Positions 21,271 through 31,477 are shown, counted from the first letter of the stretch. The stretch is 64,000 bases of DNA from Longimicrobiales bacterium (GCA_965249725.1 CBDFMQ010000002.1:992001-1056000), one strand, 5' to 3'. A program made the numbers and translations. The notes: generated by a model from the sequence alone, not told the origin.

Positions 21271-22793
21271 TCGTCTCGCAGCGTGGGAAAGAGGATCACG
21301 TCCCGGATGGATGACTGATTGGTGAGCAGCATGGTCAGACGGTCGACACCCATTCCGAGTCCCCCTGTCGGGGGCATGCCGTACTCCATCGCACGGATGT
21401 AGTCCTCATCGATGGGATGCGTCTCATCGTCTCCGGCGTCCTTGAGCTTCACCTGGCCCTCGAAGCGCGCGCGCTGGTCGAGCGGATCGTTCAACTCGGA
21501 GAAGGCGTTGCAGATTTCCTCTCCGGCGATGAACAGCTCGAACCGCTCCGTCAGATCCGCATGCTCCCGGTGTGCCTTGGCCAGAGGACTGATCTCCTTG
21601 GGATGGTCCATCACGAACGTCGGCTGAATCAGGTCCGGCTGGACCAGTGCACCGAACAACTTGTCGATCAGCTTACCCCAGCCTGCGCCATCCAGTTCGG
21701 CAATGTCCAGCTTCTCGGCACGCTCCCGAAGATCCTCGACCGAAAGCTCCCGCACATCGGCACCCAGAGCCTCGGAGAGAGCGTCCACCATCGAAACGCG
21801 TCGGTACGGACCAGCGAAGTTGATCTCGTGTTCCCCATACACGACGTCGGTCGATCCAGTCGCCACCAGGGCGACCCGGGTCAGCATCTCTTCGGTGAAG
21901 TCCATCAGGCCGTGGTAATCGGTGAAGGCCTGATAGAACTCGAGCATGGTGAACTCAGGATTGTGGAACCGATCGATTCCCTCGTTCCGGAAGTCCTTGG
22001 ATATCTCGTACACGCGTCCCAGCCCGCCGACGATCAAACGCTTGAGATAGAGCTCGTCGGCAATCCTCAGATAGAGAGTCCGGTCGAGTGCATTGTGCTT
22101 CGTGACGAACGGGCGGGCGGCGGCTCCACCGTACAAGGGCTGCAGGGCCGGAGTCTCGACCTCCAGGAAGTCGGCCTCGTCTAGGAAGGCGCGGAGCTCG
22201 GAGATGATCTTGGCACGTGCGCGAAAGACCTCTCTCACCTCCGGATTGACCGCAAGGTCCGCATACCTTTGCCGGTAACGCATCTCCGTGTCCGTGAAGC
22301 CGCTGAACGTCGTCCGCTCACCCGTCTCCTCGTCCTCTTCGGTCTTGCCGAGAGGCAAAGGCCTCAGGGACTTCGCCAGCAGCGTCCACTCCTGCACCTG
22401 GATGGTCGTCTCGCCCGTGCGGGTCCGAAAGAGAACTCCCTCGACGCCGATCCAGTCACCCAGGTCCAACAGGTCCAGCTGCTCGAAGTTGTCGTCTCCG
22501 AGGACGTTGTTGCGGAAATAGACCTGAATCTGTCCAGAGCGATCTTCGACGTGGCCGAACGCGCTCTTGCCGTGGCTTCGGTAGCTGAGCATGCGACCGG
22601 CCACGGAGACCCGGGTCCCGTGCCCTTGCTCGTTCAACGAGCCGGCGGCCTCCTCCTGCTCGAACTGGGCCGACGCGTCTCGGGCGAGGTGAGACCGATC
22701 GTACCCGTAGGCATAAGGATGCAATCCCTTCTCGAGGATGGCGTCCAGCTTGTCCCGACGATGCCGGCGGACCTGACTGAGGTCGTCGCTCAC
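21267..22793 (-). CDS. lysS: Lysine--tRNA ligase (class II)
   Basis: YRQRY, FRNEG..HNPEF and GMPPTGGLGMG motifs. Confidence 0.97.
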   Translation of the reverse strand: MSDDLSQVRRHRRDKLDAILEKGLHPYAYGYDRSHLARDASAQFEQEEAAGSLNEQGHGTRVSVAGRMLSYRSHGKSAFGHVEDRSGQIQVYFRNNVLGDDNFEQLDLLDLGDWIGVEGVLFRTRTGETTIQVQEWTLLAKSLRPLPLGKTEEDEETGERTTFSGFTDTEMRYRQRYADLAVNPEVREVFRARAKIISELRAFLDEADFLEVETPALQPLYGGAAARPFVTKHNALDRTLYLRIADELYLKRLIVGGLGRVYEISKDFRNEGIDRFHNPEFTMLEFYQAFTDYHGLMDFTEEMLTRVALVATGSTDVVYGEHEINFAGPYRRVSMVDALSEALGADVRELSVEDLRERAEKLDIAELDGAGWGKLIDKLFGALVQPDLIQPTFVMDHPKEISPLAKAHREHADLTERFELFIAGEEICNAFSELNDPLDQRARFEGQVKLKDAGDDETHPIDEDYIRAMEYGMPPTGGLGMGVDRLTMLLTNQSSIRDVILFPTLRDE

Positions 22794-22806
22794 TGTGACT
22801 CTAGCT

Positions 22807-23920
22807 CTACTTTCCAGCGCCCTGTGAGGCGAATTGTTTGAGGAAGGTCTCGATGAACGGGTCGAGGTCGCCGTCCATCACTTTACCGACATCCGCGATC
22901 TTCAGATCGGTGCGGTGGTCGTTCACCATCGTGTAGGGTTGGAAAACGTAGGATCGGATCTGGTTACCCCACCCGATCTCGGTCTTCGTGGCCTCCAGAA
23001 TCGCTTTCTCCGCCTCTTGTTCCTCGAGGGCTCGCTCATACAGCGCAGCCTTCAACATCTTCATGGCCGTCGCACGGTTCTTGTGCTGGGAACGCTCTTG
23101 CTGACAAGAGACGGCGATTCCGGTGGGAAGGTGCGTCAGCCGTATGGCCGAGTCCGTCTTGTTGACGTGCTGGCCACCGGCCCCCGAAGCCCTGAACGTG
23201 TCGACGCGCAACTCCGACTCGTCGATCTCGATCTCGATCTCGTCATCCACGAGGGGATACACGAACACGCTCGCGAACGACGTGTGACGCCTCGACTGGG
23301 CGTCGAAGGGTGAGATCCTGACGAGCCGGTGCACGCCCTTTTCGGCCTTCATGTACCCGTATGCGTGGTCTCCGACGATCTCGAGCGTCGCGCTCTTGAT
23401 TCCGGCCTCTTCGCCGGGCTGTAGATCGAGGACGTTCACCTCGTACCCACGCCTCTCGGCCCACCGGGAGTACATGCGGGTGAGCATCTCTGCCCAATCC
23501 TGTGATTCCAGTCCGCCTGCGCCCGGATGAACGGTGAGGAGGGCTCCGCGGTGATCGTCCGGACCCTGCAGCATGGTTCTCAGCTCCAAGGTCTCGATCG
23601 GGGCTTCGAGGCTCTCGACCTCGGTGACCAGTTCGGCTTCGAGCTCCTCGTCCTCTTCCGCCTCGAGCAGCTCGCTGAGTTCGGCCAACTCAGCTCCCTT
23701 GCCGTCGAGGTCATGCCAGGGGCTGACCCAGCTCTTCAGTCGGTTGGCCTCGGCGATTACCTCGCGAGCTTTGTCCTGGTTGTCCCAGAACCCGGTCGCC
23801 GCCATCTGTTTGTCGAGCTCGGCAATTCGAGCATCCTTGGAGGTGACGTCAAAGATACCCCCGGAGGTCGGCGATCCGGCCACGGAGCTCTTCCAGACGC
23901 TGCAGTGCTTCCTTGCTCAT
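22807..23920 (-). CDS. prfB: Peptide chain release factor 2 with programmed +1 frameshift
   Basis: ATG at 23920 gives MSKEALQRLEELRGRIADLRGYL, then CTT TGA C; +1 frame carries SPF and GGQ. Confidence 0.96.
23848..23864 (-). promoter_or_regulatory. prfB +1 frameshift site
   Basis: Minus strand CCGGGGGTAT CTT TGA C: internal SD-like G-run plus slippery codon and stop. Confidence 0.93.
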
Positions 23921-23995
23921 GATGGGCGGTCACGCCTGACATTTCGTGGGATGTGCGAGAGGGGCCACCCGAAAGGGCAACCCCTCGACCGCGCA

Positions 23996-24024
23996 AATAT
24001 ATTCGAGCCCAACAAGGCCATCAA
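23996..24024 (-). promoter_or_regulatory. Putative sigma70 promoter of prfB operon
   Basis: TTGATG-N17-TATATT on minus strand. Confidence 0.5.
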
Positions 24025-24036
24025 CAGATGGGTGAG

Positions 24037-24855
24037 CTATCCTTCGACGTCGAAGACGCTCTCCCCGTTGGCAAGCAGCTCGTTGAGGGCGTCGTTGAAG
24101 AACGTGCCCTGGGTGATCACGTCGGGATCGACCTGGTCCTTGTATTCCTTCCAGGACTTTTGGATCTCTTCGCTGAATACTTGCACGAGCGTGCCGGAGG
24201 CCAGCGCCTCTGTATGCTTGTCCGGGTTGTAGGCGATGAGATCGGAAACAAGGCTGCGAGCGAGGCTCCTCGCCTTGTCCTCCGGGGTTCGCTTCCCGAA
24301 CTGGATCGGCGCTGCACTCGGTGCCGCCTCGGCCGGTGCCTCGGCCACCTCTCCGACCGGAGCGTCCAGCTCGATCGCTCCGAAGTCGTCGGTCGGCGCC
24401 GGCCCCGCCTCGACGGGATCCGCTTCATCCGCCTCGGTGGTGATCGACCCGAACGAAATCTCACGTTCACCGAATTCATCGGCTGTCTCGGTGGCGATGT
24501 CGGCAACCACCTCCGCGTCGGCACCGAACGAGCTCTTTACCTCATCCGGCACCTCGACCTCATCCAATTCGACCACCGGGGCTTCAACCGACGCCGACGG
24601 GTCGGCCACTGGGGCTTCAACCACTGGGGCTTCAACCACCGGGGCTTCAACCACCGGGGCTTCAACCACCGGGGCTTCAGCCACGGATGCTTCGGTATCA
24701 GCGAACGTCGACTCGGCAGCAATCTCCTCCGGTTTCTCAACGGCGAAGATCTCGGGACAGGCACTGCACTGCGCTCGCACGCCCCCCTCGGGGATCTTGT
24801 CGGCGTCCACCGGGAAGGTGGTGCTACAGGACGGACACGAAACGGTGATGGTCAT
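24037..24855 (-). CDS. MJ0042-type zinc-ribbon protein with acidic linker and RomX-like C-terminal domain
   Basis: CPSC..CSAC N-terminus, VVEAP repeats, C-terminal KARSLARSLVSDLIAYN...FFNDALNELL. Confidence 0.8.
   Translation of the reverse strand: MTITVSCPSCSTTFPVDADKIPEGGVRAQCSACPEIFAVEKPEEIAAESTFADTEASVAEAPVVEAPVVEAPVVEAPVVEAPVADPSASVEAPVVELDEVEVPDEVKSSFGADAEVVADIATETADEFGEREISFGSITTEADEADPVEAGPAPTDDFGAIELDAPVGEVAEAPAEAAPSAAPIQFGKRTPEDKARSLARSLVSDLIAYNPDKHTEALASGTLVQVFSEEIQKSWKEYKDQVDPDVITQGTFFNDALNELLANGESVFDVEG
24606..24680. repeat. 15-bp coding tandem repeat x5 (VVEAP)
   Basis: CCAYYGGGGCTTCAR x5, with an extra copy at 24573-24587. Confidence 0.95.
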
Positions 24856-25808
24856 GACTCTTCAACTTCTTCCTTGAGCGGCTGCCGACGGTCCACAGCA
24901 TAGACGGACCCGGGCAGCGACTTCGTGCAGGTCTTCATTTCCGCGGCCAATTCACTCACCTGCGCCGTGTGGGTGAAGGGCTGGATTTGGTTGGTTACGA
25001 CCCCGACAGACAGTGTCATGAGGGGCACTCTACGGATACTACCGCGGCGGTCCTTTCCAAGGAAGTAGCCTGCCCTTCGGTCTTCAACTGTGTACTGGTA
25101 TGGGATCAACTCATCGAAGAGCTGCAGGATCTCGTCACAGCAATTCTCGAGGTACTGCACGTTGACGATAAAAATGAAATCGTCCCCACCGATGTGCCCT
25201 ACAAAGCCGCCGGGCGCCAGACCTCGGACCACGTCACGCAAGATGCGAGACAGAAGCAGAATGACGTGGTCGCCGTGGTTGTACCCGTAGCGATCGTTGA
25301 ATTCCTTGAAATTGTCCAAATCGGCGTAGCAGACGGCAAAATTCTCATTGCTTACGAGGCGCTCGCCGATGTCACGCTCGATCTGCACCGTTCCCGGCAG
25401 ACGAGTGGTCGGGTGGACCGCCACGTCTCGCTGAGCACGGCGCACCACCGACTCGAACCGCAGGCTCTGCTCCCTGTCCGAGCCACTCTGCGAAACGACC
25501 TCGTCGGCGCCGGCGGCCAGGCAGTCCGCCGCGAGTTCGCTCTCGTTCGACGGGATGAGGAGAATCACAGGCACGATGGCCGTGAAGGTATCCCCCTTCA
25601 CCTGTGAACAGAGCTCGAGCATGGGTCCCGGCTCATCCCCACTGTCGAGAACCAGGCACGACGGGAAGGACCGGTTCAGCAGGGCGTTTACCCCATCTGC
25701 ACCCTCCACCACCAGGAGCGTGTACCCGTGCTCAATGCAGAACCGGGTAAGTAGATCCGGTTCTGCAGTCGGGCTCGATGCCGTGTAGACGATCGTACGT
25801 GCGGCCAT
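24852..25808 (-). CDS. Receiver-like plus GGDEF-domain protein
   Basis: DLDNFKEFNDRYGYNHGD and GHIGGDDF motifs; degenerate REC domain at the N-terminus. Confidence 0.88.
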   Translation of the reverse strand: MAARTIVYTASSPTAEPDLLTRFCIEHGYTLLVVEGADGVNALLNRSFPSCLVLDSGDEPGPMLELCSQVKGDTFTAIVPVILLIPSNESELAADCLAAGADEVVSQSGSDREQSLRFESVVRRAQRDVAVHPTTRLPGTVQIERDIGERLVSNENFAVCYADLDNFKEFNDRYGYNHGDHVILLLSRILRDVVRGLAPGGFVGHIGGDDFIFIVNVQYLENCCDEILQLFDELIPYQYTVEDRRAGYFLGKDRRGSIRRVPLMTLSVGVVTNQIQPFTHTAQVSELAAEMKTCTKSLPGSVYAVDRRQPLKEEVEES

Positions 25809-25844
25809 GCCACCTTGGAATTCACGAGTTGGAGGGACTTTTCG

Positions 25845-25874
25845 AGCTTAGTCCCGGCGCTTGACGCTTGTCAA
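25845..25874 (-). promoter_or_regulatory. Putative sigma70 promoter overlapping the rnr stop
   Basis: TTGACA-N18-TAAGCT on minus strand, upstream of the GGDEF gene. Confidence 0.55.
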
Positions 25875-27314
25875 CGACGCGCTGGACGGGAATCTACCAG
25901 AACGAAGTCAATAAATCGCTCCAGCTTGTCGACGCGGGATACCCGCACGGCCAATCGGTCTCCGAGCCTGAAGGTCCTGCGTGACCTCTCTCCGACCAAT
26001 CGGTAGCTCTCTTCCTGAAACGCGTAGTAGTCGTCCATCATGCTGTTCACGTGAACGAGGCCCTCCACAAAGACTTCGTCCAGGAGCACGAAGAGGCCGA
26101 ATGAAGTCACGCCAGCGATCGTCCCCGTGAACTCGTCACCGAGGTGCCTCTCCATGTACTCGGCCTTCTTGAGATCGACACTCTCTCGCTCCGCGGCCTC
26201 AGCGACCCTCTCGCGGATGCTGCAGCGCTCCGCCTTCGCCTCCAGCTCTTCCCCACCCCATTGCTCCGGGGCCACCCGCTCCTCGATCAGGACTCGCGTG
26301 ACCACTCGATGCAACCACAGGTCGGGGTATCGCCGAATCGGTGAGGTGAAGTGCGTGTAGTGGGTCGCAGCTAGACCGAAATGACCCAGATTCGCGGGAT
26401 CGTAGCGAGCCCGACTCATGGCTCGGAGTACCACCGTGGATACGAGTCGGCCCTCGGGAGTCCCATGCACCTTCTCGAGCAGCGTCTGCAGCGCCTTCGG
26501 GCCGATCGAACCCTTCGGAGTCGAGAGCCCCAACCGCGCCAGAAACGCCTTGAGCTCCAGCATCTTGTCCTTGGAAGGCGATTCGTGGACCCGGTACAAG
26601 ACCGGGAGCCCGGCATCCTCGGCGCGGCGAGCCATGATCTCGTTGGCGAGCAGCATGAAATCCTCGATGAGGCGGTTGCTCTCGAGGCGCTCCACTCGCT
26701 GGATCTCGACCGGCTCCCCCCCCTCGCCCAGCACCACGCGAGCTTCGGGCAGATCGAAGTCGAGCGCCCCTCGCTCCTCCCGGCGGGCCCGGAGCGCTCG
26801 AGCCAGGCCGGCCAGGTCGGCCAGCGCTTGATCCGTTTGAGGATCGACGGAAAGCGCTCCATCCAGAACGGACTGCGCCTCCTCATAGCTGAGCTTGTGC
26901 CTGCTTCGCACGAGCGTCTGTTCGACGCGGGCTTACTTCACGGCTCCGGAGCCATCCAGCGTTGCAAAGACGGATATCGCAAACCGGTCGACTTCCGGTA
27001 GGAGCGAGCACGCGTCGGTGGACAACGAGTGGGGCAACATGGGAATGACCCGATCGACCAGATACACACTCGTCGCTCGCTTGAGCGCCTCGAGATCCAC
27101 CGGATCACCCGCCCGCACGAAGTGGGTTACATCGGCAATGTGAATCCCGACCTCCATCAGCCCCTTCTTCAGTCGCCGAACCGAGAGGGCGTCGTCATGG
27201 TCCTTGGCATCTGCCGGGTCGATCGTGAAGGCGTGTACGTCCGTCCGGTCGACGCGCCCTTCACCGGGATCGGATCGCAGCCGCGCAACCACGTCGTCCG
27301 CGTACTGTTGCACC
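25871..27314 (-). pseudogene. rnr: Ribonuclease R, 5'-truncated, with in-frame TAA at 26933-26935
   Basis: [25 protein letters not shown] and S1 domain. ORFs 26933-27340 and 25871-26911 share a frame; N-terminal domains are replaced by IS. Confidence 0.9.
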
Positions 27315-27386
27315 CCTCTCTGCCAACTTAGGTGAGACACGGAACGAGTAAAGAATTAGAGTAGGGCGAAGGCAGAGAAACCGAGG

Positions 27387-27839
27387 ATGCTGAGACACCG
27401 AGAGAGAATGGAAGAGAATGGAATCGCCCCACTAACCTGGGAGGGTAAGCGAAGCGCGGCAGCTGCTCCGGACGCGGAGGTGGTAGATAAGCCGACGCGC
27501 CGACGGTTTAGTCCGTCGTACAAGCTGCGGGTCGTCGAAGAAGCGGACCGGTGCACGGAGCCGGGAGAGGTAGGGCGACTCCTGCGACGGGAGGGCTTGT
27601 ACTCGTCGCACCTGACGACATGGCGCAAGGCGGTGCGGAGTGGGTCGCTGAGAGCGCTGTCGAAGAGACGAGGTCGAAAGCCGAGCGAACGGAATCCGCT
27701 GGAGGGGAAAGTGCGCAAGCTGGAGCGCGAGAACACTCGCCTGGAGAAGGAACTCGAGAAGGCGCGCCTGATCCTCGACGTCCAGGGAAAAGTTGCAGGG
27801 CTGCTGGGATTGAGCCTCGAGGACGGGACGAACTCGTGA
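27387..27839 (+). CDS. IS3-like transposase OrfA
   Basis: RRRFSPSYKLRV HTH-like segment, LLRREGLYSS, leucine zipper. Confidence 0.85.
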   Translation: MLRHRERMEENGIAPLTWEGKRSAAAAPDAEVVDKPTRRRFSPSYKLRVVEEADRCTEPGEVGRLLRREGLYSSHLTTWRKAVRSGSLRALSKRRGRKPSERNPLEGKVRKLERENTRLEKELEKARLILDVQGKVAGLLGLSLEDGTNS

Positions 27840-28225
27840 AGGCGGCCGAGGCGCTGGCCACGTACGTAGGGGTAAAGCCCGCGTGCGATGCGCTCAGGGT
27901 CGCCCGAGCCACGTTCTATCGTCGTCGGAGGCCATCGACCGGGCATCAGCAGCCCCGCCCGACCCCAGCCCGTGCCTTGAGCGAGAAGGAACGAGACAAG
28001 GTCTTCGACACGCTGTGTTCGGAGCGATTCGTGGACCGGTCCCCGGCCGAGGTTGTGGCGACCCTGCTCGACGAAGACGTCTACCTGTGCAGCGAACGTA
28101 CGATGTATCGCGTTCTGGCCTCCCAAGTGCCAGTTCGAGAGCGCCGAGCGCAGCGGAGTCATCCCGAATACCAGAAACCCGAGTTGATGGCGACGGGCCC
28201 GGGCCAGGTCTGGTCCTGGGATATC
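27836..28225 (+). pseudogene. IS3-like OrfB fragment
   Basis: Truncated just after WSWDI (first catalytic Asp). Confidence 0.85.
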
Positions 28226-28228
28226 CTT

Positions 28229-29621
28229 GGTCACCCCGAGTTGTGTGTAAAAGTGAGAGGAAGCTCCTCGATGCTTCTGTTAGGCTGCCTTGGCGACCTC
28301 CTTCGGTTCGAGAAGCGTGAGATCCAGGTAGCGACGTTCGCTCCAGACCGCAGTAGTCCTTAGAGCAACCGCAGTGATGAGGCGGAGCGCGCTGGCTCGG
28401 TCGGGGAAGGCGCCGGCGCTCCGGATCCGACGCTTGATCTCGGTGTGCAGGCGCTCGAGGCTGTTCGTGGTGCGCAGTCGGGCCCAGTGGGGCTCGGGGA
28501 ACGCGTAGAACTGGGTGGCGGCCGTGAAGCCCCGCTCGAGCACCCTCATTGCCTCGGGGAGTTCCTTGTGCCAGCGCGCCGTGATCTCGGCCAGGCGCTT
28601 CTTCGACTCAGCGAGCCCGGGGGCCCGGAAGACGGCGGCAACCTCGCGCGCCACACGCTTGCGCAGGCGATGCGGGACCTTGGCCAGCACGTTGCGTTGC
28701 AGGTGGACAGTACAGCGCTGGCGGCGCACCTCGGGCAGGAAGCGGCGCACCGCGGCTGCCAGGCCCGCGTGCTCATCCGCGATCACGAGCTGGACGCCGC
28801 TGAGACCACGCTCCAGGAGTTGCTCGAGGAGCTCCGACCAGCTGTTCTCCGATTCCTCAGGGCCCAGCGTGATGCCCAGGAGCCGGCGGTGGCCGTCCGG
28901 GCCCACGGCGTAGGCCACGAGCGCGCTCACGTTCTCGACCTTTCGGGCCCAGCGGGCATCGAGGAACGTCGCGTCCAGGTACAGGTAGGGGTGGGCCCCC
29001 TCGATGGGTGCACTCCGCAGCGTTTGCACGCCCTCGTCGAGCCGCTTCGCGACCCGGCTCACCGTCGAGCGTCCCACGCGCTCACCCATGAGTGCCTCGG
29101 TCACGTCGCCCATCTTGCGCTGCGACACGCCGCTCACGTAGGCCTCCACCATCATCGCATCGACTTCTTCACTCCTGCGCTGGTAGCGACCCATCACGTC
29201 GGCGGGCGAGCCGCCTTCCCGGCTGCGCGGGACCGTCACGTCGATCTGACCCAGGCTCGTAAGCAGGCGCCTCAGATACGTCCCGTTCCTGTGGCCCTTC
29301 CGGCTGCCGACCCGCTCGAATCGTCGCGCTCCGACCATCGCCTTCAACTCCTCCTCCAACACCATCTCGAGCGTTAGCCGGATCGCGCCCTGAAACAGCG
29401 ACTTCAAATCCTGACGCAGCTCGTCTTGCGTGGCTGGCTCAACTTCGACCATCTTTTCCATGAGGAAGCTCCTTGTTCCGGTTCCGACCTGCTCACGCAG
29501 GCCGGACTCCCGGGTTCATGTGATGATGAACAATTCACAAGGAGCTTCCTCTTTCTTTTCCGGGCTGTCCACCCTCCTCGGACGCCCTCACCCCCTTTTA
29601 CACAATCTTAGTGACACTACC
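28229..29621 (-). mobile_element. IS256-family element
   Basis: Ends GGTAGTGTCACTAAGATTGTGTAAAAG and GGTCACCCCGAGTTGTGTGTAAAAG; the left boundary is irregular. Confidence 0.85.
28280..29461 (-). CDS. IS256 (mutator-type) transposase
   Basis: RNG.Y.R, YLYLDA, DEHAGL, QRCTVH and RTTNSLERLHTEIKRR motifs. Confidence 0.95.
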   Translation of the reverse strand: MEKMVEVEPATQDELRQDLKSLFQGAIRLTLEMVLEEELKAMVGARRFERVGSRKGHRNGTYLRRLLTSLGQIDVTVPRSREGGSPADVMGRYQRRSEEVDAMMVEAYVSGVSQRKMGDVTEALMGERVGRSTVSRVAKRLDEGVQTLRSAPIEGAHPYLYLDATFLDARWARKVENVSALVAYAVGPDGHRRLLGITLGPEESENSWSELLEQLLERGLSGVQLVIADEHAGLAAAVRRFLPEVRRQRCTVHLQRNVLAKVPHRLRKRVAREVAAVFRAPGLAESKKRLAEITARWHKELPEAMRVLERGFTAATQFYAFPEPHWARLRTTNSLERLHTEIKRRIRSAGAFPDRASALRLITAVALRTTAVWSERRYLDLTLLEPKEVAKAA

Positions 29622-29919
29622 GTCCTTGGTCACCCCTACTACGCCAGCGGCTCGGTGATCTCCGCGTGTGGAGGCAGCCGATGACGTCAACAACGTCGAC
29701 TTCTAGTCGGTAGTAAAGAGCGTAGGGGAAGCGGCCGAGGAGAGCCCGTCGCAGCCCGACCGCGATCTCAGGGAAGGCCTCAGGAAGCTCGGAGACAAGA
29801 CCGATGATCTGCTCGAGCGATCGGACGAAGTCATCGCCGAGGCCCGGATGTTGCCCATCGTACCACTCTCGGGCCAACACCACGTCCGAGGCCGCCTCCG
29901 TGCGGAAGCGGACGAGCAC
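29617..29919 (-). CDS. RelE/ParE-family toxin (cassette gene)
   Basis: EAASDV..AREWY..GLGDDF, RFPYALYY, H.RRSP. Stop codon is supplied by the IS256 end. Confidence 0.85.
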   Translation of the reverse strand: MLVRFRTEAASDVVLAREWYDGQHPGLGDDFVRSLEQIIGLVSELPEAFPEIAVGLRRALLGRFPYALYYRLEVDVVDVIGCLHTRRSPSRWRSRGDQGR

Positions 29920-29921
29920 AG

Positions 29922-30137
29922 CTACCCAGAGTCTCTCAGGCGGACCCGGACCTCTTCCCACGGAACGTATTCCGCATCGGTGTCAGCCAGTCGACGCTCG
30001 AGTTCCTGGACATGCCATTCGGGGATCGCGACATCTTCGGGGCTTGCCGCGACCGCATCCCAGGCCTCCCCGAGGAGTTCAATGCGCTCGTCGGGAGGCA
30101 GTCGGAGGATCTCAGCTAGGAGAGCTTGCTTCGTCAT
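29922..30137 (-). CDS. Addiction-module antitoxin (TIGR02574-like)
   Basis: LRLPPDERIELL..AWD..IPEWHVQELERR..VPWEEV. Confidence 0.85.
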   Translation of the reverse strand: MTKQALLAEILRLPPDERIELLGEAWDAVAASPEDVAIPEWHVQELERRLADTDAEYVPWEEVRVRLRDSG

Positions 30138-30195
30138 GCTCTCAATCTCGACTGTCGACCCCGCCCACGGCAATGTTCGCATGGGTCGAGGTGAG

Positions 30196-30295
30196 GTCTA
30201 ACGGATCGCGATTCTACTGCGCGATCAAGATGCCGACCGCAAGCGAAGCGCGCGAGCCGGATGCCTACCGCGTCAGTAGCAATCGCTTGTTAGAG
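30196..30295 (-). other. attC site (100 bp)
   Basis: Minus strand CTCTAAC-AAGCG-ATTGCTAC ... GTAGAAT-CGCGATCC-GTTAGAC; vapC stop lies in R''. Confidence 0.93.
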
Positions 30296-30469
30296 CGCAC
30301 CCCGCTTGGGTCGGTACTCCACATGATCCAGCCCATCGAAATCTGCATCTTGAGTCCAGAGAGTGGCTGCGTAGCTGAGCGCTGACGCGTAGATGATGCT
30401 GTCCGCTAGAGGGAGCCCATGACTCGCACCGGAGCCTGTCAACGCCAGTGAGACACTCTTGGGAATTAA

Positions 30470-31477
30470 TTAGAGAGCAATCTCCTGTGTCGTGAGGGAG
30501 GGGGTTGGAGGATTGATCCAGACGGCCTCCGGGAGCGGTTTGGGCTTCGGCTCACCGGAGACGAAGCGGTCGGGATGAGCGGCCCAGGCCTCGCGTAGCA
30601 CGGCCTGCCTGCCGGCGATGACCTGATCTGCATTCCCGAAGTGGACCTGTTCGGGGGTCAGCATCGAGATACCACCATGGCGGTGCTCGGCGTTGTACCA
30701 GCGGAAGAACGAGCGACAGAAGGTTTTGGCCTGGCCCTGATCCTCGAACCGTCCAGGAAACGAGGGATGGTACTTCAAGGTCTTGAACTGGGCTTCGGAG
30801 AACGGATTGTCATCCGACACCTGAGGTCGGCTCAGCGAGCGGGTCACCCCGAGATCGGCGAGGAGCTGAGCCGTGCATTGGCTCGTCATCGGAGCTCCTC
30901 GATCCGAGTGCAAGGTCAGGACCTGGGGCTGGACGCCATGCTTCAGGCAACTCTGCTGGATCAGGCGCCCGGCCAAGGCCGAGCTCTCCCGATCCGCCAC
31001 CATCCATCCCACGATGTAGCGGCTGAAGATGTCCATGATAACGTAGAGGTAGAAGTAGCTCCACTTCCTCGGCCCCAGCAGCCGTGTGATATCCCAGGAC
31101 CAGACCTGGCCCGGGCCCGTCGCCATCAACTCGGGTTTCTGGTATTCGGGATGACTCCGCTGCGCTCGGCGCTCTCGAACTGGCACTTGGGAGGCCAGAA
31201 CGCGATACATCGTACGTTCGCTGCACAGGTAGACGTCTTCGTCGAGCAGGGTCGCCACAACCTCGGCCGGGGACCGGTCCACGAATCGCTCCGAACACAG
31301 CGTGTCGAAGACCTTGTCTCGTTCCTTCTCGCTCAAGGCACGGGCTGGGGTCGGGCGGGGCTGCTGATGCCCGGTCGATGGCCTCCGACGACGATAGAAC
31401 GTGGCTCGGGCGACCCTGAGCGCATCGCACGCGGGCTTTACCCCTACGTACGTGGCCAGCGCCTCGGCCGCCTTCAC
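30470..31477 (-). CDS. IS3-like transposase OrfB (rve DDE)
   Basis: WSWDIT, HSDRG and DNPFSEAQFKTLK motifs. GTG overlaps the OrfA TGA; G_GGA_AAA at 31522-31528 is a possible -1 frameshift site. Confidence 0.9.
   Translation of the reverse strand: MKAAEALATYVGVKPACDALRVARATFYRRRRPSTGHQQPRPTPARALSEKERDKVFDTLCSERFVDRSPAEVVATLLDEDVYLCSERTMYRVLASQVPVRERRAQRSHPEYQKPELMATGPGQVWSWDITRLLGPRKWSYFYLYVIMDIFSRYIVGWMVADRESSALAGRLIQQSCLKHGVQPQVLTLHSDRGAPMTSQCTAQLLADLGVTRSLSRPQVSDDNPFSEAQFKTLKYHPSFPGRFEDQGQAKTFCRSFFRWYNAEHRHGGISMLTPEQVHFGNADQVIAGRQAVLREAWAAHPDRFVSGEPKPKPLPEAVWINPPTPSLTTQEIAL

Larger units (their letters stand above)
27315..28225 (+). mobile_element. IS3-like element copy 1, truncated
   Basis: Near-identical to 30431-31998 (inverted); identity stops at GATATC 28225. 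Confidence 0.9.

Noticed and set aside
26933..26935. In-frame stop in rnr as selenocysteine recoding
   Set aside because: The codon is TAA, not TGA, and the gene is also 5'-truncated.
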